A DNA stretch of 64,000 nucleotides from assembly GCA_965215045.1 (NCBI GenBank), contig OZ244031.1, positions 1,581,961 through 1,645,960 on the forward strand. Direction: 5' to 3'. Each line of letters opens with the position of its first letter. Positions within the stretch are counted from its first letter, which is position 1. The notes below the pieces were generated by a model, which saw only the letters and a program-made list of their open reading frames with translations, had not been told where the DNA came from and did no database searches. This document shows, one piece after another, positions 38,779 to 48,189 of this stretch. The stretch is from Gammaproteobacteria bacterium. Its GTDB lineage: Bacteria; Pseudomonadota; Gammaproteobacteria; JABABF01. A program made the translations under genes and the position numbers.

Positions 38779-40167
38779 TCAATCCGATCGGGCACCCGGT
38801 GTCGTCGCCGCCGGCGATGCTGTAGCGGTGGCGGCAGGGGCTGTATCCAGGTGCCGGCGGTCCCAGCAGTTTTCGTGGTAATGCCGGCTGCCCCGGTAAT
38901 AAAAGAATATGCCGACCAGGTAGCTGAAGAAGGCGGCAGCCAGGCCCCAGCGTATGGAGTTCTTGCCGAAGACAGGATGCGTGAGGTCACTGACCCAGCC
39001 GACCAGGAACGGCCCCAGGCTCAGGCCGATCAGGCTCATGAACAGCATCAAGATGGCGCAGGCCAGGGTGCGTTGCGTGGGTGCCACCAACGCTTGGGCG
39101 GCGACATAAGAGGGGGCGGCCCACCAGGTGCCGACGACACCGGACAGGATGGCGAACAAGGCTGCGACCGGCAGCTGGAACTGGCCGAAAAACAAGTTCT
39201 GCCCCTCCGGCCACAGCAGGAACAGCAGCAGCAGGGGCAGCGACAGTATCAGGCTCAGCATCGGCACGAGCATTTGCCAGGCGCGGTCCCTCATCACCAT
39301 CCGGTCGCAGAGTAAGCCGCCCAGCAGGGAGCCGGCCAGGGCGCTGACCGTGCCCAGCAGACCGACGACAATGCTGGCGTGAAACAGGCTCATTTCATGC
39401 ACGCGGATTAAGAAACTGACCTGCCAGTGCCCGAGTCCGTAACCGGCCAGCGAGGCAAAACCAGCACCCAGCAACAGGGCGCGCATCGCCGGGATATTCC
39501 ACATCTCGCGGAAAGTGCGAAAGGCACCTTGTTGTTCATCGTCTGCCGTCGTCGTTTGCTCATCCCAGTACCCCTTGGCCGGCTCGCGCAGGGTGAAACG
39601 GATCAGCAGGGCGAGCACCAGCCCGGGGGCACCCAGGACCAGGAAGGCCCTGCGCCAGCCGTAATTTTCCGCGATCCAACCGCCGCCGCCGAAAGCGAGC
39701 ATCATGCCGATAAAAGTGCCGCAGGCAAAAATCGACATCGCCGTGGAACGGTCCTTGGGCGGATAATAATCGGCGACCAGGGATTGGGAGGGCGGAGTAC
39801 CGCCGGCCTGGCCGATGCCGACGCCGATGCGGAACAACAGCAGGTGCCAGTAGTTTCCAGCGACCGCGCAGAGCACGGTCATCAGGCTCCATACGCCCGC
39901 CGCCCATGCCAGCACATTGCGGCGCACGCCCCGGTCCGCCCACATGGCCGCCGGAATACTGAGCGTGACATAGAACACGGCGAAGACCAGGCCGTACAGA
40001 ATGCCCATTTGTGTATCGCTGGCCTGGAATTCCTCTTTCATAGGCTCCACGAGCACGGAAAGAAGTTGCCGGTGGAGGAAATTAAAGACGTACGTCAGTG
40101 TCAGGATGCCCAGTGCATAATGCGCATGGGCGCGGGAAATTTCAGTTAAAGATGAATCTGTGCGCAC
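38779..40167 (-). CDS. MFS transporter
   Basis: 462 aa, 12 TM, with MFS signature regions (GRRNVLAWAAGVWSLMTV..., second half repeat). Confidence 0.75.
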   Translation of the reverse strand: MRTDSSLTEISRAHAHYALGILTLTYVFNFLHRQLLSVLVEPMKEEFQASDTQMGILYGLVFAVFYVTLSIPAAMWADRGVRRNVLAWAAGVWSLMTVLCAVAGNYWHLLLFRIGVGIGQAGGTPPSQSLVADYYPPKDRSTAMSIFACGTFIGMMLAFGGGGWIAENYGWRRAFLVLGAPGLVLALLIRFTLREPAKGYWDEQTTTADDEQQGAFRTFREMWNIPAMRALLLGAGFASLAGYGLGHWQVSFLIRVHEMSLFHASIVVGLLGTVSALAGSLLGGLLCDRMVMRDRAWQMLVPMLSLILSLPLLLLFLLWPEGQNLFFGQFQLPVAALFAILSGVVGTWWAAPSYVAAQALVAPTQRTLACAILMLFMSLIGLSLGPFLVGWVSDLTHPVFGKNSIRWGLAAAFFSYLVGIFFYYRGSRHYHENCWDRRHLDTAPAATATASPAATTPGARSD

Positions 40168-40234
40168 AAGAGCTCCCGGAAAACAAGTCTGCAGACTGCT
40201 AAAATAACACGTTATGTGATGCGGTGCTTTCCCG

Positions 40235-40308
40235 GGCTGGATGGCAGAGTGGTTATGCAGCGGACTGCAACTCCGTGTACGCCGGTTCGATTCCGACTCC
40301 AGCCTCCA
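40235..40308 (+). tRNA. tRNA-Cys (anticodon GCA)
   Basis: Acceptor GGCTGGA/TCCAGCC plus TCCA. Anticodon arm GCGGA-CTGCAAC-TCCGT, T-loop TTCGATT. One C-A mismatch in the T stem. Confidence 0.8.
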
Positions 40309-40328
40309 TATTTGCCGCGCTCTCTAAG

Positions 40329-40512
40329 CAGGGGGGAGTGGAAAGCAGAGGGGGAGTGGAAAGCAGAGGGGGAGTGGAGAGCAGGGGGGGAGTGGAGAGC
40401 AGGGGGGAGTGGAGAGCAGAGGGGGAGTGGAAAGCAGAGGGGGAGTGGAGAGCAGAGGGGGAGTGGAAAGCAGAGGGGGAGTGGAAAGCAGAGGGGGAGT
40501 GGAGAGCAGGGG
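40329..40512. repeat. 18-bp G-rich tandem repeat, about 11 copies, between tRNA-Cys and tRNA-Leu
   Basis: Unit GGGGGAGTGGA(A/G)AGCAGA, with occasional 17/19-bp variants. The G5-7 runs recur every 18 nt on the + strand. Confidence 0.9.
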
Positions 40513-40596
40513 GAGCATGAAAACAGCATGCCGGGCGGGTGGTTTGATTTTCCTGGCACCGGTGATGAGAGGCACAAGAGTAGCCTGGCAGTGAAC

Positions 40597-40683
40597 GCCC
40601 GGGTGGCGAAATTGGTAGACGCAGGGGACTTAAAATCCCCGGACTTGCAAGTCATGTCGGTTCGAGTCCGGCCCCGGGCACCA
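40597..40683 (+). tRNA. tRNA-Leu (anticodon TAA), long variable arm
   Basis: 87 nt, GCCCGGG...CCCGGGC-ACCA. Anticodon arm GGGGA-CTTAAAA-TCCCC. Same cysT-leuZ order after pgsA as in E. coli. Confidence 0.9.
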
Positions 40684-40741
40684 GGAACGGGCGGGGAATG
40701 CTCCCCGGCTCGCAAGACCCCGGCTATATGATGCTGGCGTT

Positions 40742-41000
40742 GAGTATAGGGCTTGGGATTGGTTTATATATACGCTGTCGTTTAGTATAGGGCTAGGGAT
40801 TGGTTTATATATACGCTGTCGTTTAGTATAGGGCTAGGGATTGGTTTATATATACGCTGTCGTTTAGTATAGGGCTAGGAATTGGTTTATATTATTCTAT
40901 CGTTTAGTATAGGGCTAGGGGTTGGTTTATATTATTCTATCATTTAGTATAGGGCTTGGAATTGGTTTATATATACGCTATCGTTTAGTATAGATATTGA
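40742..41000. repeat. 41-bp AT-rich tandem repeat, about 6.5 copies
   Basis: Unit GTTTAGTATAGGGCTAGGGATTGGTTTATATATACGCTGTC at 40742, 40780, 40821, 40862, 40902 and 40942, with a partial copy to about 41000. Copies 4-5 carry the variant TATTATTCTATC. Confidence 0.9.
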
Positions 41001-41060
41001 AATTTTATGCTATTATGTGTTATCTACAATCATTTTCCTCCAAACACGGGTCTGAGCAAA

Positions 41061-42254
41061 ATGGCAGAGCATCCACAAGCAAGCTCTCCCGATCGGGAAC
41101 GCACCGGCCGCTATGTACAGCAGCCACAGGGATACCGCGCTTTTATCCCCAGGGCATTGCCTCCCGATCCCCCCTTGCGGCTCAGCCCGGGGATGCAGCA
41201 ACTGCTCTCCCAAGCGGACCGTGCCCTGGGGCGGCTGAGTGGTTCCGCGGGGGTATTGCCCAGCCTGGGTTTGTTTGTCTACGAGATGCACGTGCGCAAG
41301 GAGGCGGTGTTATCCAGCCGGATCGAGGGAACCCGGAGTTCCCTGCAGGATTTGCTGATTGCCGAGGCCGGCGTGCTCCCATCCGGGCGTCCCGATGATG
41401 TCGCCGAAGTCACCAATTATGTGCGGGCTTTCAACTATGGTCTGTATCGACTGGAGGAGCTTCCCGTGTGTGTTCGGCTATTATGCGAAATGCACGAGCT
41501 CTTGCTGCAGGGGGTGCGGGGGGCCCCGGCCCGGCCCGGGCTGCTGCGCGAGTCTCAAAATTGGCTCGGGCCCGCCGGGTGCGATCGGAGCGAAGCCACT
41601 TTTATACCTCCTCCTCCCGCCGAGGTGCCTGCCGCCCTGGGGGAGCTGGAAAAGTTTCTGAATGCCCCAGGCGGCTTACCCCCACTGGTCTGGATTGGCC
41701 TGGCGCATGCCCAATTTGAAACCATTCATCCCTTCCTGGATGGCAATGGGCGCCTGGGCCGCCTGCTGATTAGCTTGCTGCTGGCGCAACAGCAGATCTT
41801 GCAAAAGCCGGTTCTCTACCTGTCGGATTATTTTTATCGCCACCGCTTGGAGTACTACGATCGTCTCCAGGCCGTACATGAGCAGGGCGACTGGGAAGGA
41901 TGGATCGAATTCTTTCTGCAGGGGGTCGCCGATGTGAGTCAGGATGCGGCCGAAACCATTCAGCACATCTATGCTCTGCGTGAAAAACATCGTGCTGAGA
42001 TTAATATGGCATTGGGGCGGGCTGCCGGCAACGGGCTGCGTATCCTGGAGTTCCTTTACTCGCAGCCGCTGTTCACCGTGCCCCGGGTGCAGGGACACCT
42101 GGGTGTCAGTTATGCATCGGCCAATCAACTGGTATCGCGCCTGGAAAAATTGGGGATCCTGGAGGAAATCAGTGGCCGTAAACGCAATCGCGTGTACCGC
42201 TATTCCTCTTACCTGGAACTCTTTGAAAAAAATCCTCCGCCGAACCAGGCCTGA
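41061..42254 (+). CDS. Fic family protein (class-II-like; putative AMPylating toxin-type enzyme) with C-terminal winged-helix region
   Basis: Start at MAEHPQ. Fic_N-type N-terminus (YVQQPQGYRAFIPRALPP), inhibitory-helix motif SSRIEG (S/TxxxE(G/N)), catalytic motif HPFLDGNGRLGR. Confidence 0.8.
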   Translation: MAEHPQASSPDRERTGRYVQQPQGYRAFIPRALPPDPPLRLSPGMQQLLSQADRALGRLSGSAGVLPSLGLFVYEMHVRKEAVLSSRIEGTRSSLQDLLIAEAGVLPSGRPDDVAEVTNYVRAFNYGLYRLEELPVCVRLLCEMHELLLQGVRGAPARPGLLRESQNWLGPAGCDRSEATFIPPPPAEVPAALGELEKFLNAPGGLPPLVWIGLAHAQFETIHPFLDGNGRLGRLLISLLLAQQQILQKPVLYLSDYFYRHRLEYYDRLQAVHEQGDWEGWIEFFLQGVADVSQDAAETIQHIYALREKHRAEINMALGRAAGNGLRILEFLYSQPLFTVPRVQGHLGVSYASANQLVSRLEKLGILEEISGRKRNRVYRYSSYLELFEKNPPPNQA

Positions 42255-42272
42255 AGGCCGGGGGTGCTGTGC

Positions 42273-42824
42273 TTATTGGCCCGCCGGGCATCCCTCTGCG
42301 TCACAATCGTCGGCCGGGTGCTCCGGTGCCAGGTTTTCCGTCTGCTCCTGTGCCGGTTCTTCTCGCAGCAGTGCCATGATCTCTGCGCCCAGTTCCATGT
42401 CCTGCACGGCACCGAATTTCTGTTTCCTGCATCTTCCCTGGCGGTCGACCAGGATTTGCGTCGGCGTGCCCTGCATCCCGTAAGCGGCCATGGTTTGCGG
42501 GATGCCGCCTCCTTGGGCGGGTGCATCGATGCCGACCGGAAAGAAAATGCGGTATTCGTGCAGGAAGGCCTCCAGGGCTTGGCGGCTGCCCTGGGCGGCG
42601 TGGTGTTCGAATACCGTGTGCAAGCCGATGACCGTGACTTCGTCCTGGCGGAAGGTCTGGGCGACGCGCCCCGCCTGGGGCAGGGCATGCGATACGCAGC
42701 CCGGGCAGAGCATCTGGAAAGCCTCGATCAAAACGACCCGGCCGCGCAGTTCCCGCAGGGTGCAGGGGCGATCGGTATTCAGCCATTCGCTGGTTTGCAG
42801 TTCCGGGGCGGGTTTGAATGCCAT
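42273..42824 (-). CDS. TlpA/ResA-like thiol-disulfide oxidoreductase (thioredoxin fold, CPGC)
   Basis: 183 aa with a redoxin-like VVLIEAFQMLCPGCVSHALP CxxC motif. Confidence 0.65.
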   Translation of the reverse strand: MAFKPAPELQTSEWLNTDRPCTLRELRGRVVLIEAFQMLCPGCVSHALPQAGRVAQTFRQDEVTVIGLHTVFEHHAAQGSRQALEAFLHEYRIFFPVGIDAPAQGGGIPQTMAAYGMQGTPTQILVDRQGRCRKQKFGAVQDMELGAEIMALLREEPAQEQTENLAPEHPADDCDAEGCPAGQ

Positions 42825-42956
42825 GGCGGTATTTCCAAGGGCGCGGTTCGTGTCTCGCGGGGACGGGCGTTGCCGGGGGACCCAGGGGCTGTTTTGCCGC
42901 CTCCCGGGGCCCCCGAATTATAAGCCCGGAACCCCCGTTTCCGATGCCGGGGAAAA

Positions 42957-42984
42957 TTGACATTGATTCTTTCCCTGTTATAAA
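42957..42984 (+). promoter_or_regulatory. S10 operon sigma70 promoter (TTGACA-16 nt-TATAAA)
   Basis: TTGACA at 42957..42962 and TATAAA at 42979..42984, upstream of rpsJ. Confidence 0.55.
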
Positions 42985-42996
42985 CTATTTCACCTT

Positions 42997-43052
42997 TTGC
43001 CCCGCCAGCCTGACCTCCAGACAGGGGAGGTCGGGGCGGGGCTGTATACATT
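42997..43052 (+). promoter_or_regulatory. S10 leader GC-rich hairpin followed by a T-run (putative L4-responsive attenuator)
   Basis: GCCCCGCCAGCCTGACCTCC-AGACA-GGGGAGGTCGGGGCGGGGC then TGTATACATTTTTAAAC, immediately before rpsJ. Confidence 0.4.
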
Positions 43053-43072
43053 TTTAAACCCGGAGCTCCCCC

Positions 43073-43399
43073 GTGGAAGGAGAACAGCGGATACGCATAC
43101 GGTTGAAGTCGTTCGACCACCGTATCATCGATGCCTCGACGCGCGAGATCGTCGAGGCGGCGCGGCGTACCGGTGCCCGGGTCCGCGGGCCGATTCCCCT
43201 GCCGACGCGCAAGGAGCACTACACCGTGCTGATCTCCCCGCACGCGGACAAGGATGCGCGCGACCAGTATGAAATACGCACTCACAAGCGTCTGCTCGAA
43301 ATCGACGTGACGCCGCAGACCATTGACGCGCTGGCGCAACTGGCCCTGCCGGCCGGTGTAGACACGCAGATCAAAACTTTTGGCAAGGACGAGAAATAA
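43073..43399 (+). CDS. rpsJ: 30S ribosomal protein S10
   Basis: [52 protein letters not shown]. Confidence 0.95.
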   Translation: MEGEQRIRIRLKSFDHRIIDASTREIVEAARRTGARVRGPIPLPTRKEHYTVLISPHADKDARDQYEIRTHKRLLEIDVTPQTIDALAQLALPAGVDTQIKTFGKDEK

Positions 43400-43413
43400 G
43401 CGGGGAGTCGGCG

Positions 43414-44109
43414 ATGGCAATCGGTTTACTGGGACGCAAGCTGGGAATGACCCGCGTGTTCAACGAGGACGGAGTCTCGGTGCCCGTCACCGTGATTGAA
43501 GTGGCGCCCAATCGCGTCGTGCGCCTGCTGGACAAGGAGCGCGAGGGCTACCGCGCGGTGCAACTCAGCAGCGGGGAGGCCAGGACCAAGCACTTGTCCC
43601 GCGCCGAGGCGGGGCATTTCACCCGGCATAACACGCCTCCCGGTGCCCGGCTGCGGGAGTTTCGCCTGGAGGAGACGGAAGAGGTACCCGCCGAAGACGG
43701 CATGCTGACCGTCGATTGGTTTCGAGTTGGCCAGCAGGTGAACGTGACCGGCGTCTCCCGCGGCAAGGGTTTCCAGAGCGGCATTCGCCGCTGGAATTTT
43801 CGCAGCCAGGACCACAGTCATGGCAATTCCAAGGCGCACCGTTCCAACGGTGCCATCGGTCAATGCCAGACCCCTGGACGGGTCTGGAAGGGTAAGAAAA
43901 TGTCGGGTCGCATGGGAAATATGCAGGTGACTGCGCGCAACCTGGGTGTGGTGCGCGTCGACACCGAACGCAATCTTCTGCTGGTTCGGGGCGCGGTGCC
44001 CGGGGCACCGGATGCCGAGTTGCTGGTGCGTCCCTCCCGCGGATGCCTGACGCCGCCGGCACCGCCCGCGGCAACGGAAGCCGCCGCGGCAGAGGCTGCT
44101 GCCGAATAA
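43414..44109 (+). CDS. rplC: 50S ribosomal protein L3
   Basis: MAIGLLGRKLGMTRVFNEDG... Confidence 0.95.
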   Translation: MAIGLLGRKLGMTRVFNEDGVSVPVTVIEVAPNRVVRLLDKEREGYRAVQLSSGEARTKHLSRAEAGHFTRHNTPPGARLREFRLEETEEVPAEDGMLTVDWFRVGQQVNVTGVSRGKGFQSGIRRWNFRSQDHSHGNSKAHRSNGAIGQCQTPGRVWKGKKMSGRMGNMQVTARNLGVVRVDTERNLLLVRGAVPGAPDAELLVRPSRGCLTPPAPPAATEAAAAEAAAE

Positions 44110-44125
44110 GGTGCGGGGGGCGGCG

Positions 44126-44746
44126 ATGGAACTCAGCGTGGTTGGATGGCAGGGGGAGGGAGGCACCCAGGTGGAAGTTTCCGACCGGGTGTTTGCCTGT
44201 CGCTACAATTCCGGGCTGGTGCACCAGGTGGTCACGGCATTCATGGCGCGGGGCCGGCAGAACAGCCGCGCGCTCAAGTCGCGTTCCGATGTTCGCGGCA
44301 GCGGGCGCAAACCCTGGCGTCAGAAGGGCACCGGCCGCTCGCGCGCCGGCACGATCGGCTCTCCGTTGTGGCGCGGCGGCGGCGTCAGCTTCCCCAACAA
44401 CGATCGCAACTTCTCACAAAAAATCAATCGCAAGATGTACCGCGGCGCAATGCGCGTGCTCCTGTCTGAATTGTTGCGCCATCGGCGTCTCGTGGTGGCG
44501 GACGAGATCAGCGTGCCTGAGGCCAAGACCCGCGCCCTGCACAAGCTGCTCGATGCGCGCGAGTGGCGCGACGTGTTGCTGGTGACCCTGGAGGCGGATG
44601 AGGCCCTGGAGCGCGCGGCGGGCAACTTGCCGCGCGTCGAAGTGCGAACGGCGGCGCGTGTCGACCCGTTGTGTCTGCTGGGGCGCGAACGCACCGTGTT
44701 TTCGCTGTCGGCATTGCAATACCTGGAACAGAGGTTGTCGGCATGA
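44126..44746 (+). CDS. rplD: 50S ribosomal protein L4
   Basis: Start at MELSVV. Has GSGRKPWRQKGTGRSRAG. Confidence 0.9.
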   Translation: MELSVVGWQGEGGTQVEVSDRVFACRYNSGLVHQVVTAFMARGRQNSRALKSRSDVRGSGRKPWRQKGTGRSRAGTIGSPLWRGGGVSFPNNDRNFSQKINRKMYRGAMRVLLSELLRHRRLVVADEISVPEAKTRALHKLLDAREWRDVLLVTLEADEALERAAGNLPRVEVRTAARVDPLCLLGRERTVFSLSALQYLEQRLSA

Positions 44747-45042
44747 ACCGCGAGAGAATGTTCCAGGTGTTGCGCCAGCCGCGCGTCTCTGAGAAGGCGG
44801 CACTCCTGAGCCAGCAGCACAACCAGTACGTGTTTAACGTCTCCATCGATGCGACTAAGCCGGAGATCCGCGCGGCGATCGAAAACATTTACGACGTGCG
44901 CGTGCTGGGCGTGCAGGTGCTGCGCGGCAAGAAAAGAACCCGGCGCTTGCGCTTTGGCAGCGGACGGTTAAAACAGCGGAAGAAAGCCTACGTGCGCCTG
45001 GTTCCGGGGCATCGCATCGACTTCTCGACGAAGGTGGAATGA
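44743..45042 (+). CDS. rplW: 50S ribosomal protein L23
   Basis: Start at [19 protein letters not shown] (ATGA overlap with rplD). Confidence 0.9.
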   Translation: MNRERMFQVLRQPRVSEKAALLSQQHNQYVFNVSIDATKPEIRAAIENIYDVRVLGVQVLRGKKRTRRLRFGSGRLKQRKKAYVRLVPGHRIDFSTKVE

Positions 45043-45052
45043 GGACGCGCTG

Positions 45053-45877
45053 ATGGCTATCGTACCTGCCAAGCCCACCTCTCCCGGGCGTCGCTTCGCC
45101 ACCCGCAGGGTGAACCCGGAACTGCACCGGGGTGCGCCGTACAAACCCCTGTTAGCGTCCAAGACCAAGAGCGGGGGGCGCAATAACCAGGGCCGGATCA
45201 CCACCCGTCATATCGGCGGCGGGCACAAGCAGCGCTACCGGCGCATCGATTTTCGGCGCGACAAGGATGGTGTGCCCGGTCGCGTGGAACGCCTGGAGTA
45301 CGATCCCAATCGCAGTGCGCACATCGCCCTGGTGTTGTACGCGGACGGGGAGCGCCGCTACATCATTGCCAGTGCCAATCTTAAGCAGGGCGATGAAATC
45401 CTGTCCGGTAGCGATGCACCGCTGCGTGAAGGCAGTGCCATGGCCCTGGCGGACATGCCCCTGGGCAGCGTGGTGCATTGCGTGGAATTGAAGCCGGGCA
45501 AGGGTGCCCAACTGGCGCGCAGTGCCGGTGCCTCGGCGCAACTGGCAGCGCGGGAAGGCGGTTACGCCACCTTGCGCCTGCGCTCCGGGGAGGTGCGCAA
45601 GGTGCTGGAGGGATGTCGCGCCGTGCTCGGGGCGGTCTCCAACAGTGAACACAACCAGCGGCGCCTGGGCAAGGCGGGGGCCGCGCGTTGGCGCGGCCGG
45701 CGTCCCACGGTGCGCGGGGTGGCGATGAACCCGGTGGACCATCCGCACGGCGGCGGCGAGGGACGCACCTCCGGCGGCCGCCACCCGGTGAGTCCGCAAG
45801 GTCTGCCGACCAAGGGATACAGAACACGGCGGCGCAAGAATTCACTGATTGTGCGGCGCCGGCAGAGGAACAGGTGA
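45053..45877 (+). CDS. rplB: 50S ribosomal protein L2
   Basis: 274 aa with conserved GGGHKQRYR and HPHGGGEG. Confidence 0.95.
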   Translation: MAIVPAKPTSPGRRFATRRVNPELHRGAPYKPLLASKTKSGGRNNQGRITTRHIGGGHKQRYRRIDFRRDKDGVPGRVERLEYDPNRSAHIALVLYADGERRYIIASANLKQGDEILSGSDAPLREGSAMALADMPLGSVVHCVELKPGKGAQLARSAGASAQLAAREGGYATLRLRSGEVRKVLEGCRAVLGAVSNSEHNQRRLGKAGAARWRGRRPTVRGVAMNPVDHPHGGGEGRTSGGRHPVSPQGLPTKGYRTRRRKNSLIVRRRQRNR

Positions 45878-45879
45878 TC

Positions 45880-46176
45880 ATGCCGCGCTCACTGAAAAAA
45901 AGTTATTTTGTCGATATCCACCTGATGCAAAAGGTGCAGGAGGCGCAGGACAAGAAAGACAAGCGTCCGATTCGCACGTGGTCGCGTCGTTCCATGGTCG
46001 TGCCGACCATGGTCGGCTTGACGATCGCGGTGCACAATGGCCGTGACCACGTGCCGATCTTCATCACCGAGGAGATGGTGGGACACAAGCTGGGAGAGTT
46101 TGCACCGACCCGCACCTTTCGCATGCATTCCGGTGACCGCCAGGCCAAGGGTGTCGTCGAGAAGAGGAAGCAGTGA
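45880..46176 (+). CDS. rpsS: 30S ribosomal protein S19
   Basis: Start at [19 protein letters not shown]. Confidence 0.9.
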   Translation: MPRSLKKSYFVDIHLMQKVQEAQDKKDKRPIRTWSRRSMVVPTMVGLTIAVHNGRDHVPIFITEEMVGHKLGEFAPTRTFRMHSGDRQAKGVVEKRKQ

Positions 46177-46514
46177 TGGAAGAAGTGACGGCGAAATTAA
46201 AGGGGGCGCGCACTTCGCCGCAGAAGATGCGCCTGGTTGCCGACAGCATACGCGGCAAGCCGGTCGGCCAGGCCCTGGATATCCTGCGCTTCAGCCCGCG
46301 CAAGGCGGCGGCCATTCTCTGGAAACTGCTGCAATCGGCACTTGCCAATGCCGAACATAACCGGAACTGGGACGTGGATGCGCTGTACGTCTCGGCGGTG
46401 CAGGTCGATGAAGGACCGATGATGAAACGCATGAAGCCGCGCGCGCGGGGCCGCGCCGACCGCATTCACAAGCGCACCAGTCACGTCATCCTGAAACTCG
46501 GGAGGGTCGCCTGA
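46173..46514 (+). CDS. rplV: 50S ribosomal protein L22
   Basis: 113 aa. ATGA overlap with rpsS. Confidence 0.9.
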   Translation: MMEEVTAKLKGARTSPQKMRLVADSIRGKPVGQALDILRFSPRKAAAILWKLLQSALANAEHNRNWDVDALYVSAVQVDEGPMMKRMKPRARGRADRIHKRTSHVILKLGRVA

Positions 46515-47194
46515 TGGGACAGAAAGTGCACCCGGTGGGCATGCGCCTGGGAATTATCCGTCAGCATGCGTCGGTGTGGTACGCCGAGCGCGACCAGTAC
46601 CGCAAGCAGCTGCTGATCGACATGATGGTGCGCGAGTACCTGGAAAAAGAACTCTCCGGTGCCTCGCTCAGCAAGATCGCCATCGAGCGGCCCGCCGGTG
46701 CCGCCAAGATCACCATTTATACCGCGCGCCCGGGTATCGTGATCGGGAAAAACCATGAGAACATCGACAAGCTGATCAAGGAATTGAAATCATCGCGCTA
46801 CATGGACATGGAAAACCTGGACGTCCAGGTCGAGGAGGTGCGGGAGCCGGATGCGGATGCGCGCCTGGTCGCCAACCATGTCGCCCGCCAGTTGGAAAAC
46901 CGTGTGATGTTCCGGCGGGTGCTGAAAAAGGCGGTGCAGAACACGATGGCGCAAAAGGTGGAGGGCGTGCGCGTGCAGGTCAGCGGACGCTTGGGCGGCG
47001 CGGATATCGCCCGCACGGAATGGAGCCACGAGGGCAGGCTGCCGCTGCATACATTGCGGGCGGATATCGATTATGCGACCGTGCGCGCTTCCACCACGTA
47101 CGGAGTCATCGGCGTCAAGGTGTGGATTTGCAAGGGCGAGGTGTTTGAAACCCCGACGCCCGAGACGCAGGAACCCTCCGCTGCGACGAACTGA
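46514..47194 (+). CDS. rpsC: 30S ribosomal protein S3
   Basis: [14 protein letters not shown]... KH domain. Confidence 0.95.
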   Translation: MGQKVHPVGMRLGIIRQHASVWYAERDQYRKQLLIDMMVREYLEKELSGASLSKIAIERPAGAAKITIYTARPGIVIGKNHENIDKLIKELKSSRYMDMENLDVQVEEVREPDADARLVANHVARQLENRVMFRRVLKKAVQNTMAQKVEGVRVQVSGRLGGADIARTEWSHEGRLPLHTLRADIDYATVRASTTYGVIGVKVWICKGEVFETPTPETQEPSAATN

Positions 47195-47205
47195 GATTTG
47201 CCGTC

Positions 47206-47622
47206 ATGTTACAGCCCCGCAAAACCCGTTACCGCAAGCAGCAAAAGGGCCGCAACCGCGGTCAGGCCCACGTCGGCAACGCGGTCAGCTTCGGCGAGTA
47301 CGGTCTCAAGGCGACCGGGCGCGGCCGTCTGACCGCGCGTCAGATCGAGGCCGGGCGCCGGGCGATGGCGCGTCACATCAAGCGCGGCGGCAAGATCTGG
47401 ATTCGCGTGTTTCCCGACAAGCCGGTCACCAGGAAACCCCTGGAAGTTCGCCAGGGCAAGGGCAAGGGCAACGTGGAATTCTGGGTGGCCCCGGTGCAAC
47501 CGGGGCGCGTGGTGTACGAGGTGGACGGTATCTCCGAAGAGTTGGCGCGCGAGGCTTTCAAACGTGCGGCGGCCAAGCTCTCCGTGCCGACCGTGTTTAC
47601 CAGGCGGGAGGTGCGGCTGTGA
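47206..47622 (+). CDS. rplP: 50S ribosomal protein L16
   Basis: [16 protein letters not shown]... Confidence 0.95.
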   Translation: MLQPRKTRYRKQQKGRNRGQAHVGNAVSFGEYGLKATGRGRLTARQIEAGRRAMARHIKRGGKIWIRVFPDKPVTRKPLEVRQGKGKGNVEFWVAPVQPGRVVYEVDGISEELAREAFKRAAAKLSVPTVFTRREVRL

Positions 47623-47891
47623 AGATGTCGGAATTGCGTTCCCAGACCGACGTGGAACTGCAGCTGGAACTGGCGCGCCTGGCGCGGGAGAGCTTTGAAT
47701 TGCGGATGGTCCAGGTCTCCTCCCAGGAGAAGCGCACGCATCGTGCCAGTGCCATGCGGCGGGACGTGGCGCGGATCCGGACCATCTTGCGCGAACGGCA
47801 AATTGCCGCCTCCTTGGAGATAGAGGAGGAGGAGGAGGCACCGTCCGCGGACGAACCGCGGCAGGGCCGGGAAGCGGAGACGGAGAGCTGA
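47619..47891 (+). CDS. rpmC: 50S ribosomal protein L29 with acidic C-terminal extension
   Basis: GTG 47619 overlaps the rplP stop (alternative ATG at 47625). Core [27 protein letters not shown]. Tail [24 protein letters not shown]. Confidence 0.85.
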   Translation: MKMSELRSQTDVELQLELARLARESFELRMVQVSSQEKRTHRASAMRRDVARIRTILRERQIAASLEIEEEEEAPSADEPRQGREAETES

Positions 47892-47892
47892 G

Positions 47893-48189
47893 ATGAAAGG
47901 CGAACCCGTGATCAATGAGCGGGGCCGGCGGCTGACCGGGCGCGTGGTCAGTGACAAGATGGACAAGACCATCGTCGTGCTGATCCGGCGCCGGGTGCGT
48001 CACCCGATCTACAAGAAATACATTTTTCGCTCCACCAGGCTGCAGGCGCACGATGAGCAAAACCAGTGCAGCGTCGGCGACCGGGTGACGATCGGTGAGA
48101 CTCGTCCCCTGTCGCGCAAGAAATCCTGGGCACTGGTGCGCATCGAGGAGCGGGCCATCGTGCAGGGCGCGGAGGGTGCGGCATCATGA
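47893..48189 (+). CDS. rpsQ: 30S ribosomal protein S17
   Basis: [29 protein letters not shown]... Confidence 0.9.
   Translation: MKGEPVINERGRRLTGRVVSDKMDKTIVVLIRRRVRHPIYKKYIFRSTRLQAHDEQNQCSVGDRVTIGETRPLSRKKSWALVRIEERAIVQGAEGAAS

Noticed and set aside
40216-40731. ORFs 40216..40731 (+), 40224..40520 (+) and 40212..40715 (-) encoding GEWKAE/GVESRG/PLCFPL repeats
   Set aside because: They are generated by the 18-bp repeat and run across the tRNA-Cys and tRNA-Leu genes, so they are not plausible proteins.
40742-41000. 41-bp repeats considered as a CRISPR array
   Set aside because: Units are contiguous head-to-tail with no unique spacers, and no cas genes are nearby. It is a tandem repeat, not CRISPR.
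47209-48060. 283-aa minus-strand ORF across rplP-rpmC-rpsQ
   Set aside because: Antisense to the conserved ribosomal protein operon, a GC artefact.
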